A stretch of 64,000 nucleotides of DNA from Oscillospiraceae bacterium. GTDB taxonomy: Bacteria > Bacillota > Clostridia > UBA1381. Positions 10,051 through 21,333 of this stretch are shown here, one piece after another; position 1 is the stretch's first letter; each line of letters opens with the position of its first letter. Below the pieces are notes generated by a model. The model was given only the letters and a program-made list of their open reading frames with translations, had not been told where the DNA came from and ran no database searches. The stretch covers positions 7,037-71,036 of the forward strand of contig JAFLUB010000005.1 of assembly GCA_022509025.1 (NCBI GenBank), given 5' to 3'. The translations under genes were made by a program, and so were the position numbers.

Positions 10051-11529
10051 TTACTTTAATTTATATGCAATATCATTCCAGAATATCTCTTTTTCAAAAT
10101 TCTCCACAGTTGTATCTGCTCCGATATGAACATATTCAATTCCCATCATGTCCGCCCAATCTTTCATCATTTCAGCGGTGATGTCATACGAAAGCACACT
10201 ATGATGCGCGCCGCCCGCTATAATCCAGCATTCTGCTGATACTTCAAGAGACGGAAGAGGCTTCCACATTACACCCGCTACAGGCAGCTTCGGCATTGGT
10301 TTAAGCGGATTGCATGCCTTTATATCGTTTACGATAAGTCTCATTCTGCCGCCCATGTCCACGAGTGACGCTACAATCGCATCGCCGTTCTTGGAGCCGA
10401 ATACCAGTCTTGCAGGGTCGCCCTTGCCGCCTATACCTAATGGGTGTACCTGGATTTTCGGCTTGTCCGCCGCAACAAGCGGGCATACCTCAAGCATATG
10501 CGCTCCCAGGATATGTTCATTACCCTTTTCAAGATGATATGTGTAGTCCTCCATGAACGCTGTACCGCCGTCCATGCCCTCAGCCATAGCCTTCATGATA
10601 GCGTCCATAGCGGCAACCTTCCAGTCGCCCTCCGCGCCGAAGCCGTAGCCATCAGCCATCATATTCTGAGCAGCAAGTCCCGGAAGCTGTTCAAGCTCAT
10701 GAAGCGTGTCAAAATGCGTTACGAACGCGCTATAGTCATACTCCTCGCATATCTTTCTTATAGCAATTTCTTCCTTAGCCTGATAGCGTACCGCCGCGAT
10801 ATTATCAGTGTCCATATCATAGCGGCTCTCATACTCAGCCATTTTTGCGTCTATTTCTGCTTCTGTTACTTCATTTAAAACATCAACAAGATCGCCAAGC
10901 GCTCTGTATTCAACATCCCAGCCGAACTTTATCTCAGCCTCTACCTTATCGCCCTCTGTAACAGCAACCTGACGCATATTGTCGCTGAAACGAACCATTT
11001 TCAGTTCCTGACTAAGAGCATAACCGCACGCGCTTCTCATCCAGTTTGAAAGCTTCTTTTGCGGCTCTTCGTCCTGCCAGTAGCCAACGATAATCTTTCT
11101 CGGCATACGAAGTCTTGAGCCGATGAAGCCGTGTTCTCTGTCACCGTGCGCCGACTGATTGAGGTTCATGAAATCCATGTCAATCTCGTTCCATGGAATT
11201 TCACGGTTATACTGTGTGTGGAAATGACAATAAGGCTTTTTGAAGTTCTTTAAACCGTTAATCCACATCTTAGACGGGCTGAACGTGTGCATCCATGCGA
11301 TAACGCCCGCGCAGTTATCGTCATAAGACGCGTCCTTGAAAATCTTTGTGATTTCTGCCGGAGTTTTAACTGTCGGCTTAAGCACAATCTTACACGGCAG
11401 CTTGCCTGACGCATTAAGTCCTTCAACCATAGCTTCAGAGTCCTTTGCAACCTGATCAAGGGTCTCCTGACCGTACAGGAACTGACTGCCTGTTATGAAC
11501 CAAAATTCAAATTCTTTTATTGACCTCAT
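10051..11529 (-). CDS. araA: L-arabinose isomerase
   Basis: FWFITGSQFLYG, WMHTFSPSKMW, MNLNQSAHGDRE, GFGAEGDWK, FMEDYTY, GAHMLEVCP, GGAHH. Start placed at MRSIK after RBS; own TTGAAA-17-TATAAT promoter overlapping the thiE end. Confidence 0.95.
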   Translation of the reverse strand: MRSIKEFEFWFITGSQFLYGQETLDQVAKDSEAMVEGLNASGKLPCKIVLKPTVKTPAEITKIFKDASYDDNCAGVIAWMHTFSPSKMWINGLKNFKKPYCHFHTQYNREIPWNEIDMDFMNLNQSAHGDREHGFIGSRLRMPRKIIVGYWQDEEPQKKLSNWMRSACGYALSQELKMVRFSDNMRQVAVTEGDKVEAEIKFGWDVEYRALGDLVDVLNEVTEAEIDAKMAEYESRYDMDTDNIAAVRYQAKEEIAIRKICEEYDYSAFVTHFDTLHELEQLPGLAAQNMMADGYGFGAEGDWKVAAMDAIMKAMAEGMDGGTAFMEDYTYHLEKGNEHILGAHMLEVCPLVAADKPKIQVHPLGIGGKGDPARLVFGSKNGDAIVASLVDMGGRMRLIVNDIKACNPLKPMPKLPVAGVMWKPLPSLEVSAECWIIAGGAHHSVLSYDITAEMMKDWADMMGIEYVHIGADTTVENFEKEIFWNDIAYKLK

Positions 11530-11577
11530 TTTTCTTTCTCCTTTTCCGGTTAATACATTCATTATATATGAAAATAT

Positions 11578-12159
11578 TTACTTTTTCAATAGATTTTGTT
11601 GTATTTCAGCTAAATATTTTTCTACGCTCTCGCATCGCATAAATCCTGACATCACACACGCGCCCGCCGCGCCTGTTTCCTGTGTCAGAGATACGTTTTC
11701 AGGACTGATTCCGCCTATTGCGTATACGGGTATAGACACGGCTTTAACCGTTTCCCTGAGATATTCCAATCCTCTGGGTTCGAGTCCTTTTTTACAGTCA
11801 GTCACAAATATATGTCCCGCAATCACGTAATCCGCGCCCATTTCCTGAGCTTTTAACGCTTCCTCAGGTGAATGAACGGAAACACCGACTGTTTCAAAAT
11901 CATCTTTCACATTTTCATTCATCATAGAAAACGGAAGATGTATTTTTTTTACACCCATTCTTTTAGCCGTATCTCGATAGGTATGAAGTATCACATCGGG
12001 ACAGACTTCTATTATTTCTCTTGCAAGTCTTTCATATTCCGCTCCGCTCAAATCCTTTTCACGGAGAATTACGGAAATGCCCGCGTTATGAAGCTCTCTT
12101 GCTCTTTCCTTCAAATCGCTGCATAGCTGTCTGTTTGTCACACATATAATCTTAAACAT
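11578..12159 (-). CDS. thiE: Thiamine-phosphate synthase family protein (ThiE/TenI)
   Basis: ILREKDL, GVSVHS, GADYVIAGHIF.TDCKKG, IPVYAIGGI; last gene of the thi operon, overlapping the thiH stop. Confidence 0.75.
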   Translation of the reverse strand: MFKIICVTNRQLCSDLKERARELHNAGISVILREKDLSGAEYERLAREIIEVCPDVILHTYRDTAKRMGVKKIHLPFSMMNENVKDDFETVGVSVHSPEEALKAQEMGADYVIAGHIFVTDCKKGLEPRGLEYLRETVKAVSIPVYAIGGISPENVSLTQETGAAGACVMSGFMRCESVEKYLAEIQQNLLKK

Positions 12160-13291
12160 AAATATAATCACTCATTACCGGCTGCAAGCCCTGGTTTTTT
12201 ATAGCTTCAAATACCTCGTCCACATTTCTCGAATCGGATATTTCAAACTGTTCGTCACCCTTTTTATCACCCGCATGACCGCCTATTCCCACATCAACGC
12301 CCGCGCTGATTTTGGTCGCAGCGATGTTAATCACATTATCGCGGAACCGTTCACACTCACGCGTGGAAATCGTTATAGCCGCGAACGGCATGAAAATTCT
12401 GTAAGCGCATATTACCTGCAAAAGCTGTCTCTCATGCACGTCCTTCGGGTTTATTTTGTCATTGTTTAATATGGGTCTCAGGCGCGGACATGAAAACGCT
12501 ATTTCCGCATGAGGGTATTTTTTCTGTAACAGGTATGCATGCATGCCCGTTGCAAACGCGTCTTTTCTGAAATCGTCAAGTCCTAAAAGCGCCGCGAAGC
12601 CTACACCGCGCATACCGCCCATAACTGCGCGTTCCTGCGCGTAAAAGCGGTACGGGAATATTCTTTTGTGCCCCTCAAGATGAAGCGTTTCATATTTATC
12701 GCTGTTATACGTCTCCTGAAATACAGTCACAAAGTCCGCGCCGCTTTTATGCAGCTTTGCGTATTCATCGCTGTTCATCGGATAAACCTCAACACCGACA
12801 ACCTTAAAATATTTCTTCGCAATCGCGCACGCGGAAGCAATATAATCAACGTCGGACATTTTTCTACTCTCTCCTGTCAGGATGAGTATTTCCTGCAAGC
12901 CCGTTTTTGCAATCTCAGCCATTTCACGCTCGATTTCTTCTTCTGTAAGTTTTGCACGGCGGATTTTATTATAACAGTTAAATCCGCAGTATATGCAGTA
13001 GTTTTCGCAGTAATTTGCTATGTAGAGCGGCGTGAACATTGCTATTGAGTTTCCGAAATGTTTGCGCGTCTCTCTTTGCGCCCTCTGTGCCATTTCTTCA
13101 AGATAAGGCAGAGCCGCAGGAGAAAGCAGCGCGCCGAAATCCTCCGGTGTGAGCGTGTCACGGGAAAGCGCCAACAAAACATCGCGCTCAGTGTATTTGT
13201 CATAGTCGTAAGCTTCCATAGCTGATATGACTTTATCAAGCATGTCCGACTCGATAATCTCCATACCTTCCATATATTCCATATGATTCAT
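12152..13291 (-). CDS. thiH: 2-iminoacetate synthase (radical SAM)
   Basis: FTPLYIANYCENYCIYCGF, FQETY, PRLRP, ISTRE, QFEISD.R; in thiSG operon; start MNHMEY after GGAGG. Confidence 0.93.
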   Translation of the reverse strand: MNHMEYMEGMEIIESDMLDKVISAMEAYDYDKYTERDVLLALSRDTLTPEDFGALLSPAALPYLEEMAQRAQRETRKHFGNSIAMFTPLYIANYCENYCIYCGFNCYNKIRRAKLTEEEIEREMAEIAKTGLQEILILTGESRKMSDVDYIASACAIAKKYFKVVGVEVYPMNSDEYAKLHKSGADFVTVFQETYNSDKYETLHLEGHKRIFPYRFYAQERAVMGGMRGVGFAALLGLDDFRKDAFATGMHAYLLQKKYPHAEIAFSCPRLRPILNNDKINPKDVHERQLLQVICAYRIFMPFAAITISTRECERFRDNVINIAATKISAGVDVGIGGHAGDKKGDEQFEISDSRNVDEVFEAIKNQGLQPVMSDYIYV

Positions 13292-13296
13292 ATTTA

Positions 13297-13478
13297 ATCC
13301 TCCATTCACAAAAAGCGAATTTGTAACGCGTGAAAGGCCGGTCGCAAATTTCATTTGTTGCTCGCCCATACAACCGGGAACCGAGCATGTTGCCCTTTTG
13401 AGGAACGTCGACGTATGCGGATACGCGGGGTTCTGATAAAGGGTGAGATGCGACGCTTATTTTCCGCGTTAGCCTCCA
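13297..13478 (+). repeat. Dispersed imperfect palindromic element, copy A (thiG-thiH intergenic)
   Basis: 13385-13478 closely matches 17347-17442 (shared ccttttgaggaacg.cgacgtatgcggatac...gataaagggtgagatgcg.cg.ttatttt...cgtta); terminal inverted repeat taacgcg..cgcgtta; flanked at both ends by cctccatt. Confidence 0.8.
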
Positions 13479-14246
13479 TTAATCATGCAGAAATCCAGTA
13501 AGCGGCGATGATGCTCTTGCGCCTGTCTCTACAACTGAACCCATGCCGGCAAGATATGCCGCGCGTCCCGCTTCTATAGCCCGCTTGAACGCATGCGCCA
13601 TTGCCGGGACATCTCCCGCCGTTGCGATTGCAGTATTAGCCATCACAGCCGCCGCGCCCATTTCCATTGCCTCACACGCCTGAGATGGTCTGCCTATGCC
13701 GGCGTCCACGATTATAGGCAAGTCGATTTCATCTATGAGTATCTTTATAAATTCCTTTGTGCAAAGTCCCTTGTTTGAGCCAATCGGTGAACCGAGCGGC
13801 ATTATGCATGCTGCGCCCGCGTTTTGCAGGTCTCTTGCAAAGTTTAAATCAGGGTACATATACGGCATTACAACAAAGCCTTCCTTGGCAAGTGTTTCCG
13901 TAGCTTTAAGAGTTTCGTAGTTATCAGGCAAAAGATATTTAGTGTCCCTGATTGCTTCGATTTTTACAAAGTCGCCACATCCCATTTCACGCGCAAGACG
14001 CGCTATTCTGACAGCCTCATCTGCGTTCCTCGCGCCTGAGGTGTTCGGCAGAAGCGTTACATTCTTTGGGATATAGTCAAGTATATTCTCTGTTTCGCCT
14101 CCCTGCGCGCGGCGCAGCGCAAGCGTGATTATCTGCGCTCCGGCATTTTCCACCGCTGCTTTTATCAGTTCAAGCGAATACTTTCCAGAACCCAAAATAA
14201 ATCTTGATGTAAATTCGTGTCCGTTCAGAATTAGTTTATCTTCCAT
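13479..14246 (-). CDS. thiG: Thiazole synthase
   Basis: [53 protein letters not shown]; start MEDKL. Confidence 0.96.
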   Translation of the reverse strand: MEDKLILNGHEFTSRFILGSGKYSLELIKAAVENAGAQIITLALRRAQGGETENILDYIPKNVTLLPNTSGARNADEAVRIARLAREMGCGDFVKIEAIRDTKYLLPDNYETLKATETLAKEGFVVMPYMYPDLNFARDLQNAGAACIMPLGSPIGSNKGLCTKEFIKILIDEIDLPIIVDAGIGRPSQACEAMEMGAAAVMANTAIATAGDVPAMAHAFKRAIEAGRAAYLAGMGSVVETGARASSPLTGFLHD

Positions 14247-14270
14247 TTTTTTCTCTCCTTTTTTTGTTAT

Positions 14271-14375
14271 GCGTACACAACACTTCGCGCAAGCACGAAC
14301 AACAATGTCATACATATTTTGTTACATAAAATAAAGTACATACATTGTTTGTCTTGTGGTGTGCGTTGTTTACGT
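14271..14375. repeat. ~105-nt imperfect palindrome between thiS and thiG
   Basis: Pairings cgtacacaac/gttgtttacg, gcaag/cttgt, aacaatgt/acattgtt, tattttg/taaaata. Confidence 0.65.
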
Positions 14376-14377
14376 TT

Positions 14378-14587
14378 TTAGCGAAATGCAACCGAGCCGC
14401 CGCCCATAAAGTGCACTATTTCTATAGTGTCTCCGTCCTTTATGGCTGTGGTATCGTAATCTTCCTTTTTTATAATAATGCCGTTTATTTCGACAACTAT
14501 TATCTCGCGTCTGTAGCCGCGCTTTTCAAGAAGCTCTGTTACAGTCGCAAAATTTTCACTTTCCTGTTTGCCGTTTAGTGTAATCAT
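14378..14587 (-). CDS. thiS: Sulfur carrier protein ThiS with 5-aa C-terminal extension
   Basis: MITLNGK...VVEING.II.KEDY....IKDGDTIEIVHFMGGG-SVAFR; RBS AAGGAGG. Confidence 0.9.
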   Translation of the reverse strand: MITLNGKQESENFATVTELLEKRGYRREIIVVEINGIIIKKEDYDTTAIKDGDTIEIVHFMGGGSVAFR

Positions 14588-14607
14588 GTTTTTCCTCCTT
14601 CGATAAC

Positions 14608-14680
14608 AAAAAAAGCTACACAAAGAAGCATCTACACCCGTGGTGGTGTACCCCTTCGTGTAACTCATAGTTTCACTCTA
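14608..14680 (-). ncRNA. Candidate thiS-motif (HMP-PP) riboswitch with terminator-embedded aptamer
   Basis: Between promoter (TTGACA 14713-14708, TGnTATAAT 14691-14686) and the thiS RBS: long hairpin agttacacgaagg / tctttgtgtagct, inner stem tacacc-accacg-ggtgta, then a U7 tract; no TPP aptamer core (CUGAGA). Confidence 0.65.
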
Positions 14681-14728
14681 TAATGATTATATCATATTTT
14701 CAGAATTTGTCAAGTACTCAATTTCCAC

Positions 14729-14762
14729 TAAAATGGGCGGTTCATTTGAACCGCCCATTTTA
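14729..14762 (-). terminator. Intrinsic terminator of groESL
   Basis: aaaatgggcggttc-attt-gaaccgcccatttt. Confidence 0.85.
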
Positions 14763-14776
14763 ATTGCTTTTTCTTA

Positions 14777-16414
<1,638 letters not shown>

Positions 16415-16422
16415 CTATATTA

Positions 16423-16725
<303 letters not shown>

Positions 16726-16738
16726 TTATTAAGGATCG

Positions 16739-16765
16739 TTAGCACTCACTTGTATCGAGTGCTAA
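16739..16765. promoter_or_regulatory. CIRCE element (HrcA operator)
   Basis: Perfect TTAGCACTC-N9-GAGTGCTAA upstream of groES. Confidence 0.97.
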
Positions 16766-16928
16766 CAATGATATTATGTGCCTTTTTATATCATTCTGCA
16801 AAGCTTGTTTTCTCAATATTTTACCATATTTTCTCAATTTTTCATGTTTTTTCTTTTAATTTCTTTCATTATCTCATCTTTCATGTTTTAACAATTTGTT
16901 CACAAACCGGAACTTCAGACATGTCTGA

Positions 16929-17294
16929 TTAGCTTACAAAGTTTTCAAACATTTGCTGAGCAGCCTCCAAACGGTCAAACCTCACCCCATCTTTCAGTTC
17001 TTTTATATCCTGCCGCGGAAATATACTTTCGCTTATTTCTTCACTCATTATAACTGATTTATTTTCACCTATGCATTTGTATATTTTTAAAATTCCGTCT
17101 TCAATTATCACCTCATACTCGGGACTTCTCCTTTCTTCAACTTCCTGCTCTGACCATGCGGCATACATTGTCGGTTCGGGAAACGTTCCTTCATTATTTA
17201 TTTCACGACGTCCAATCGCGTAGCCTCCGAAAAAAAATAATGCTACAAGTAATAGATATGATGAAATTAGTAACGTATTCTTCAAAATTTTCAT
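16929..17294 (-). CDS. Membrane-anchored protein with BofC C-terminal-like domain (probably sporulation-related)
   Basis: N-terminal hydrophobic helix; C-terminal FPRQDIKELKDGVRFDRLEAAQQMFENFVS resembles the BofC_C pattern. Confidence 0.6.
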   Translation of the reverse strand: MKILKNTLLISSYLLLVALFFFGGYAIGRREINNEGTFPEPTMYAAWSEQEVEERRSPEYEVIIEDGILKIYKCIGENKSVIMSEEISESIFPRQDIKELKDGVRFDRLEAAQQMFENFVS

Positions 17295-17327
17295 AATAAT
17301 CTCCATTCCGCCTTACGGCACAAATCA

Positions 17328-17442
17328 TAATGTGGAAAAGAAACAAGCAGGTCATCCTTTTGAGGAACGCCGACGTATGCGGATACTTCAAGTTTCGATA
17401 AAGGGTGAGATGCGCCGTTTATTTTTCACGTTATTTCCTCCA
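17328..17442 (+). repeat. Dispersed imperfect palindromic element, copy B (leader of the bofC-like gene)
   Basis: Outer stem taatgtggaaaagaaac / gtttatttttcacgtta; core gacgta-tgcgga-tacttcaagtt; similar to 13385-13478. Confidence 0.8.
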
Positions 17443-17455
17443 GATATTTTTTGTG

Positions 17456-17484
17456 ATTATACCCATATATCTCCTGTTTTATAC
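17456..17484 (-). promoter_or_regulatory. Possible sigmaF-type promoter for the bofC-like gene
   Basis: GTATA-N15-GGGTATAAT fits the B. subtilis sigmaF pattern GYWTA-N15-GGnnAnAnT. Confidence 0.4.
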
Positions 17485-17578
17485 TTTAAAATAACATTTA
17501 AAAATAAAGGTTGCAAATTTTTACATTTTAGGATATAATTATTATGTACAAATATCTTTACAGACAGGAGGAGATATT

Positions 17579-20218
17579 ATGGCAGATAACAACAAAAGAA
17601 ACGGGCGAAACTCCAAATATACGTCAAGTAATGATTTTGACTGGGAAGAGTATGACATGATAACATCAGGAGCATCTACCACGCCGAGACGACGCAGGCA
17701 GAGCTCTGCTTCTTCGCGCTCTTCCTCCGGACGTCCTCAACCGCAGCGTACTTCTTCGGGATATTCCTCAACTCCCTCTGCTTCAAGACGCCGCACCAAC
17801 GGAAAGACTCAGCGCAAGCGCAAGAAGCAGCTGACAGAAAAGCAGCTTCGTTTCAGACGTCGTCTGAGATTTACATTATTTATGACTATATTCATAATTG
17901 TTGTAATAGGCACCGGTATGACTGTCGGTATGTATGCCGCCGTATCCCGTGAAATAAAGGATATGAATATACAGTCTCTGGCGCTTAACTATTCCTCTTT
18001 CATATACTACGAGGATGAGGGAGGCAACGTGCAGGAACTGGAGCAGATTCAGGGAGAAGACAATCGTATATGGATTGATTCATCGCAAATCCCGCAGGTT
18101 ATGAAAGACGCGATGGTTTCCATCGAGGATGAGAGATTTTATAAGCATCACGGCGTTGATATTAAACGTACTGCCGGAGCGACTGTAAAATGGGTTCTTG
18201 CAAAAGCAGGTATCGGCAGTTCAAGCTACGGCGGAAGTACCATAACTCAGCAGGTTATAAAAAACATAACAAACGAAAAAGAAAACAAACCGTCGCGTAA
18301 GATTAAGGAAATGATGCGCGCAATCGCTCTCGAAAGACAGCTTACTAAGGACGAGATACTTACTATGTATTTAAACATAGTATATTTTGCAAACAGTTGT
18401 AACGGTGTTGAGGCGGCATCAAACACATACTTTAACAAAAACGCGCTTGAACTTACTCTGGCAGAAGCCGCATCAATCGCAGGAATAACGCAATTCCCGT
18501 CCGAATATGATCCGTTTGTGCATCCTGATCACAATATCGAAAAAAGAAATATTGTACTCGGTAAAATGCTTCAACTCGGATATATAAATGAAGCGCAATA
18601 TGCCGAAGCGGCATCAAGCAATCTTACTGTAAGTAATGCTCATAAGTCAAACCATGGAAAAATAACATCATACTTTGTGGATCAGGTTGTGGCTGATGTT
18701 ATAAGCGATCTTATGACCCAAAAAGGCTATTCATACGATTTTGCCACTCAACAGGTATATAACGGCGGACTGAAAATTTATTCCACCGTAGATCCTAACA
18801 TACAGGGCATTATGGAGGATGTGTTTACGGATCCCTCCAACTTCCCCTCCACCGGCAAAGGCGCACAGTCGGCTATGGTTATAATAGATCCATATACCGG
18901 CAAGATACGCGGACTGATTGGCGGACTTGGCGAAAAAACTGATATACGCGGCTGGAACAGAGCAACTCAGTCTAAACGTCAGCCCGGCTCCTCAATAAAA
19001 CCGCTTTCTGTTTATGCTCCTGCGATTGACACAGGTAAAATTACTGAAGTGACTGTACTTCACGACGAAGAAACCGCTTTTGGTAATGATAAATGGACAC
19101 CTAAGAACGCATATTCAGGATTTTTGGGCGATATGACTGTTAAAGAAGCAGTGGCGCGCTCATCAAACATTCCGGCGGTAGAAGTTCTTGACATGACAGG
19201 GGTATCCACATCATATAGCTATTTACAGAACAAATTCCATATCACTACACTTGAGGATGGCGATAAGAACTTCAGTTCTCTTGCTTTGGGTGGTCTTACG
19301 CAGGGTGTTACTGTTAAGGAAATGGCAGGCGCTTACTGCACTTTTGTGAACAGCGGAAAATACATTACACCATACACTTATACTCAGGTTCTCGATTCGA
19401 CCGGGCAGGTTATACTCCGAAACGACGCAGTTCCCGTACAGGCAATCAGTGCAGCATCGGCGTATATAACAGCTGATCTGCTTTATGGCGTTGTTAACTC
19501 ATCATTTGGTACAGGAAGAGGCGCAGGACTTGATTCCGGCATGGCAACATACGGAAAAACAGGAACGACTGATGATGACTGTGATAAGTGGTTCGTAGGC
19601 TTTACACCATACTATGTTGGCGCATGCTGGTACGGTTTTGATACACCATCATCAATATCAGCCGCCGGTGTTTCCGGAAACCCAACTGTGACTGCGTGGA
19701 ATCTTGTGATGGATCGTATACACTCGTCACTCAATATAAAAGAACTTCCAAAACCCAACAATATTGTTGAAGCAGAGGTGTGTGAATATTCAGGAATGCT
19801 TGCCACTTCTTCATGTCCTTCTGTGAGCGGATATTTCGTTGAGGGAACTCAGCCAAAATCCTATTGTGACGACATAACACACTCAAGAGGCTCAGAAAGA
19901 ACTCCTGAACCTACTGAGTCTGCCCCACCGCAAAATGAACCAACTGTCAATCCAACAGTTGAATCGAATTCAGATTCCACAGATTCAAATTCATCTTCGT
20001 CATCGTCTTCATCAAACTCGGGTTCATCATCGTCTTCGTCATCATCGTCATCATCGTCGAATGAAAGCAGTTCAAGCAGCGGAAATGACAGTAACAGCTA
20101 TTCATCGTCAGGATCTGACACATCTTCAGGTGATGATTACAGCGGTGACACCAGTTCAAGCGATGATAGTTCCGACAGTTCCTCAGACGGATCATCGGAT
20201 GACAACAGCGCTGAATAA
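17579..20218 (+). CDS. Class A penicillin-binding protein (PBP1A family) with Ser-rich C-terminal tail
   Basis: Transglycosylase EDERFYKHHGVD, GGSTITQQVIKN, RKIKE; transpeptidase QPGSSIK, SSN, KTGT. Confidence 0.95.
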   Translation: MADNNKRNGRNSKYTSSNDFDWEEYDMITSGASTTPRRRRQSSASSRSSSGRPQPQRTSSGYSSTPSASRRRTNGKTQRKRKKQLTEKQLRFRRRLRFTLFMTIFIIVVIGTGMTVGMYAAVSREIKDMNIQSLALNYSSFIYYEDEGGNVQELEQIQGEDNRIWIDSSQIPQVMKDAMVSIEDERFYKHHGVDIKRTAGATVKWVLAKAGIGSSSYGGSTITQQVIKNITNEKENKPSRKIKEMMRAIALERQLTKDEILTMYLNIVYFANSCNGVEAASNTYFNKNALELTLAEAASIAGITQFPSEYDPFVHPDHNIEKRNIVLGKMLQLGYINEAQYAEAASSNLTVSNAHKSNHGKITSYFVDQVVADVISDLMTQKGYSYDFATQQVYNGGLKIYSTVDPNIQGIMEDVFTDPSNFPSTGKGAQSAMVIIDPYTGKIRGLIGGLGEKTDIRGWNRATQSKRQPGSSIKPLSVYAPAIDTGKITEVTVLHDEETAFGNDKWTPKNAYSGFLGDMTVKEAVARSSNIPAVEVLDMTGVSTSYSYLQNKFHITTLEDGDKNFSSLALGGLTQGVTVKEMAGAYCTFVNSGKYITPYTYTQVLDSTGQVILRNDAVPVQAISAASAYITADLLYGVVNSSFGTGRGAGLDSGMATYGKTGTTDDDCDKWFVGFTPYYVGACWYGFDTPSSISAAGVSGNPTVTAWNLVMDRIHSSLNIKELPKPNNIVEAEVCEYSGMLATSSCPSVSGYFVEGTQPKSYCDDITHSRGSERTPEPTESAPPQNEPTVNPTVESNSDSTDSNSSSSSSSSNSGSSSSSSSSSSSSNESSSSSGNDSNSYSSSGSDTSSGDDYSGDTSSSDDSSDSSSDGSSDDNSAE

Positions 20219-20312
20219 TCGACAATACATTATAAAATATTAATATCATAAAAAGGCTGCTGCAAGTTTTGGGAATTTTCAAACTTGCAGCAGCCACTTT
20301 ATTATCTTCGCT

Positions 20313-21245
20313 TTATTCCGAGAACATAGGTGTTGATAAATATCTTTCACCGGTATCCGGTAAAAGCGCCACTATGGTCTTTCCTTTATTCTCAGGTCTC
20401 TTTGCTATTTCCGTAGCAGCCCACACAGCCGCTCCCGATGAAATACCAACCAGCACTCCCTCTGTCCGCGCTATAGCTTTTCCGGTTTTGAATGCATCTT
20501 CATTCTCTACCTTTATTATCTCGTCATAAACTTCGGTGTTCAGTGTGTCAGGCACAAATCCTGCACCTATTCCCTGTATTTTATGCGGTCCCGCCGTTCC
20601 CTCTGACAATACCGGTGATGCTGCCGGTTCAACAGCGATTATCTTTACATCCGGATTTTTTGACTTTAAATATTCACCCACGCCGGAAACTGTTCCGCCG
20701 GTGCCTACTCCGGCAACAAATATATCAACCTTTCCGTCAGTATCTTCCCAGATTTCAGGACCGGTTGTAGCCCTGTGATATGCAGGATTTGCAGGATTCG
20801 TGAACTGGCTCGGAATAAAGCTTCCCTCTATTTCCCTGCTCAGTTCCTCAGCCTTTGCAATAGCGCCTTTCATTCCCTTTGCGCCGTCTGTAAGTACCAG
20901 CTCAGCTCCGTATGCCTTCAGAAGATTTCGTCTTTCGATACTCATTGTTTCAGGCATTGTGATAATAAGTCTGTAGCCTCGCGCCGCCGCGACTGACGCA
21001 AGACCTATACCTGTGTTTCCCGATGTCGGCTCTATGATAACTGCACCCGGTTTAAGCGCGCCCTTCTGTTCAGCATCGTCTATCATTGCCTTTGCTATTC
21101 TGTCCTTTACAGAACCCGCCGGATTAAAATATTCCAGCTTGGCTATAACTTTCGCGTCTAAATCATTCGCCTTTTCATAGTTTACAAGCTCTAAAAGCGG
21201 TGTGCCGCCTATAAGGTCGGTGATTTTCTGATACACCTTTGACAT
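20313..21245 (-). CDS. cysK: Cysteine synthase A
   Basis: [48 protein letters not shown]. Confidence 0.97.
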   Translation of the reverse strand: MSKVYQKITDLIGGTPLLELVNYEKANDLDAKVIAKLEYFNPAGSVKDRIAKAMIDDAEQKGALKPGAVIIEPTSGNTGIGLASVAAARGYRLIITMPETMSIERRNLLKAYGAELVLTDGAKGMKGAIAKAEELSREIEGSFIPSQFTNPANPAYHRATTGPEIWEDTDGKVDIFVAGVGTGGTVSGVGEYLKSKNPDVKIIAVEPAASPVLSEGTAGPHKIQGIGAGFVPDTLNTEVYDEIIKVENEDAFKTGKAIARTEGVLVGISSGAAVWAATEIAKRPENKGKTIVALLPDTGERYLSTPMFSE

Positions 21246-21333
21246 TTTTACTCCTTCTTTCTTTTATTAATATTCAAACCTTCCTCGCCTATACAATCCG
21301 GAAAAGGTGAGGAAGGCTTCTTATTTATTTTTA

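Noticed and set aside
12152-13291. HydG maturase
   Set aside because: Lacks the C-terminal extension with a second Fe-S motif and sits in thiSG-E context, so it is ThiH.
14590-14700. TPP riboswitch upstream of the thi operon
   Set aside because: No CUGAGA or ACCUGA core and the leader is too short; it fits the thiS/HMP-PP architecture better.
17332-17538. ORF 17332..17538 and the N-terminal extensions of thiH, thiG, thiS and the PPIase in the ORF track
   Set aside because: They run through non-coding hairpin elements or leaders; SD-supported starts are downstream.
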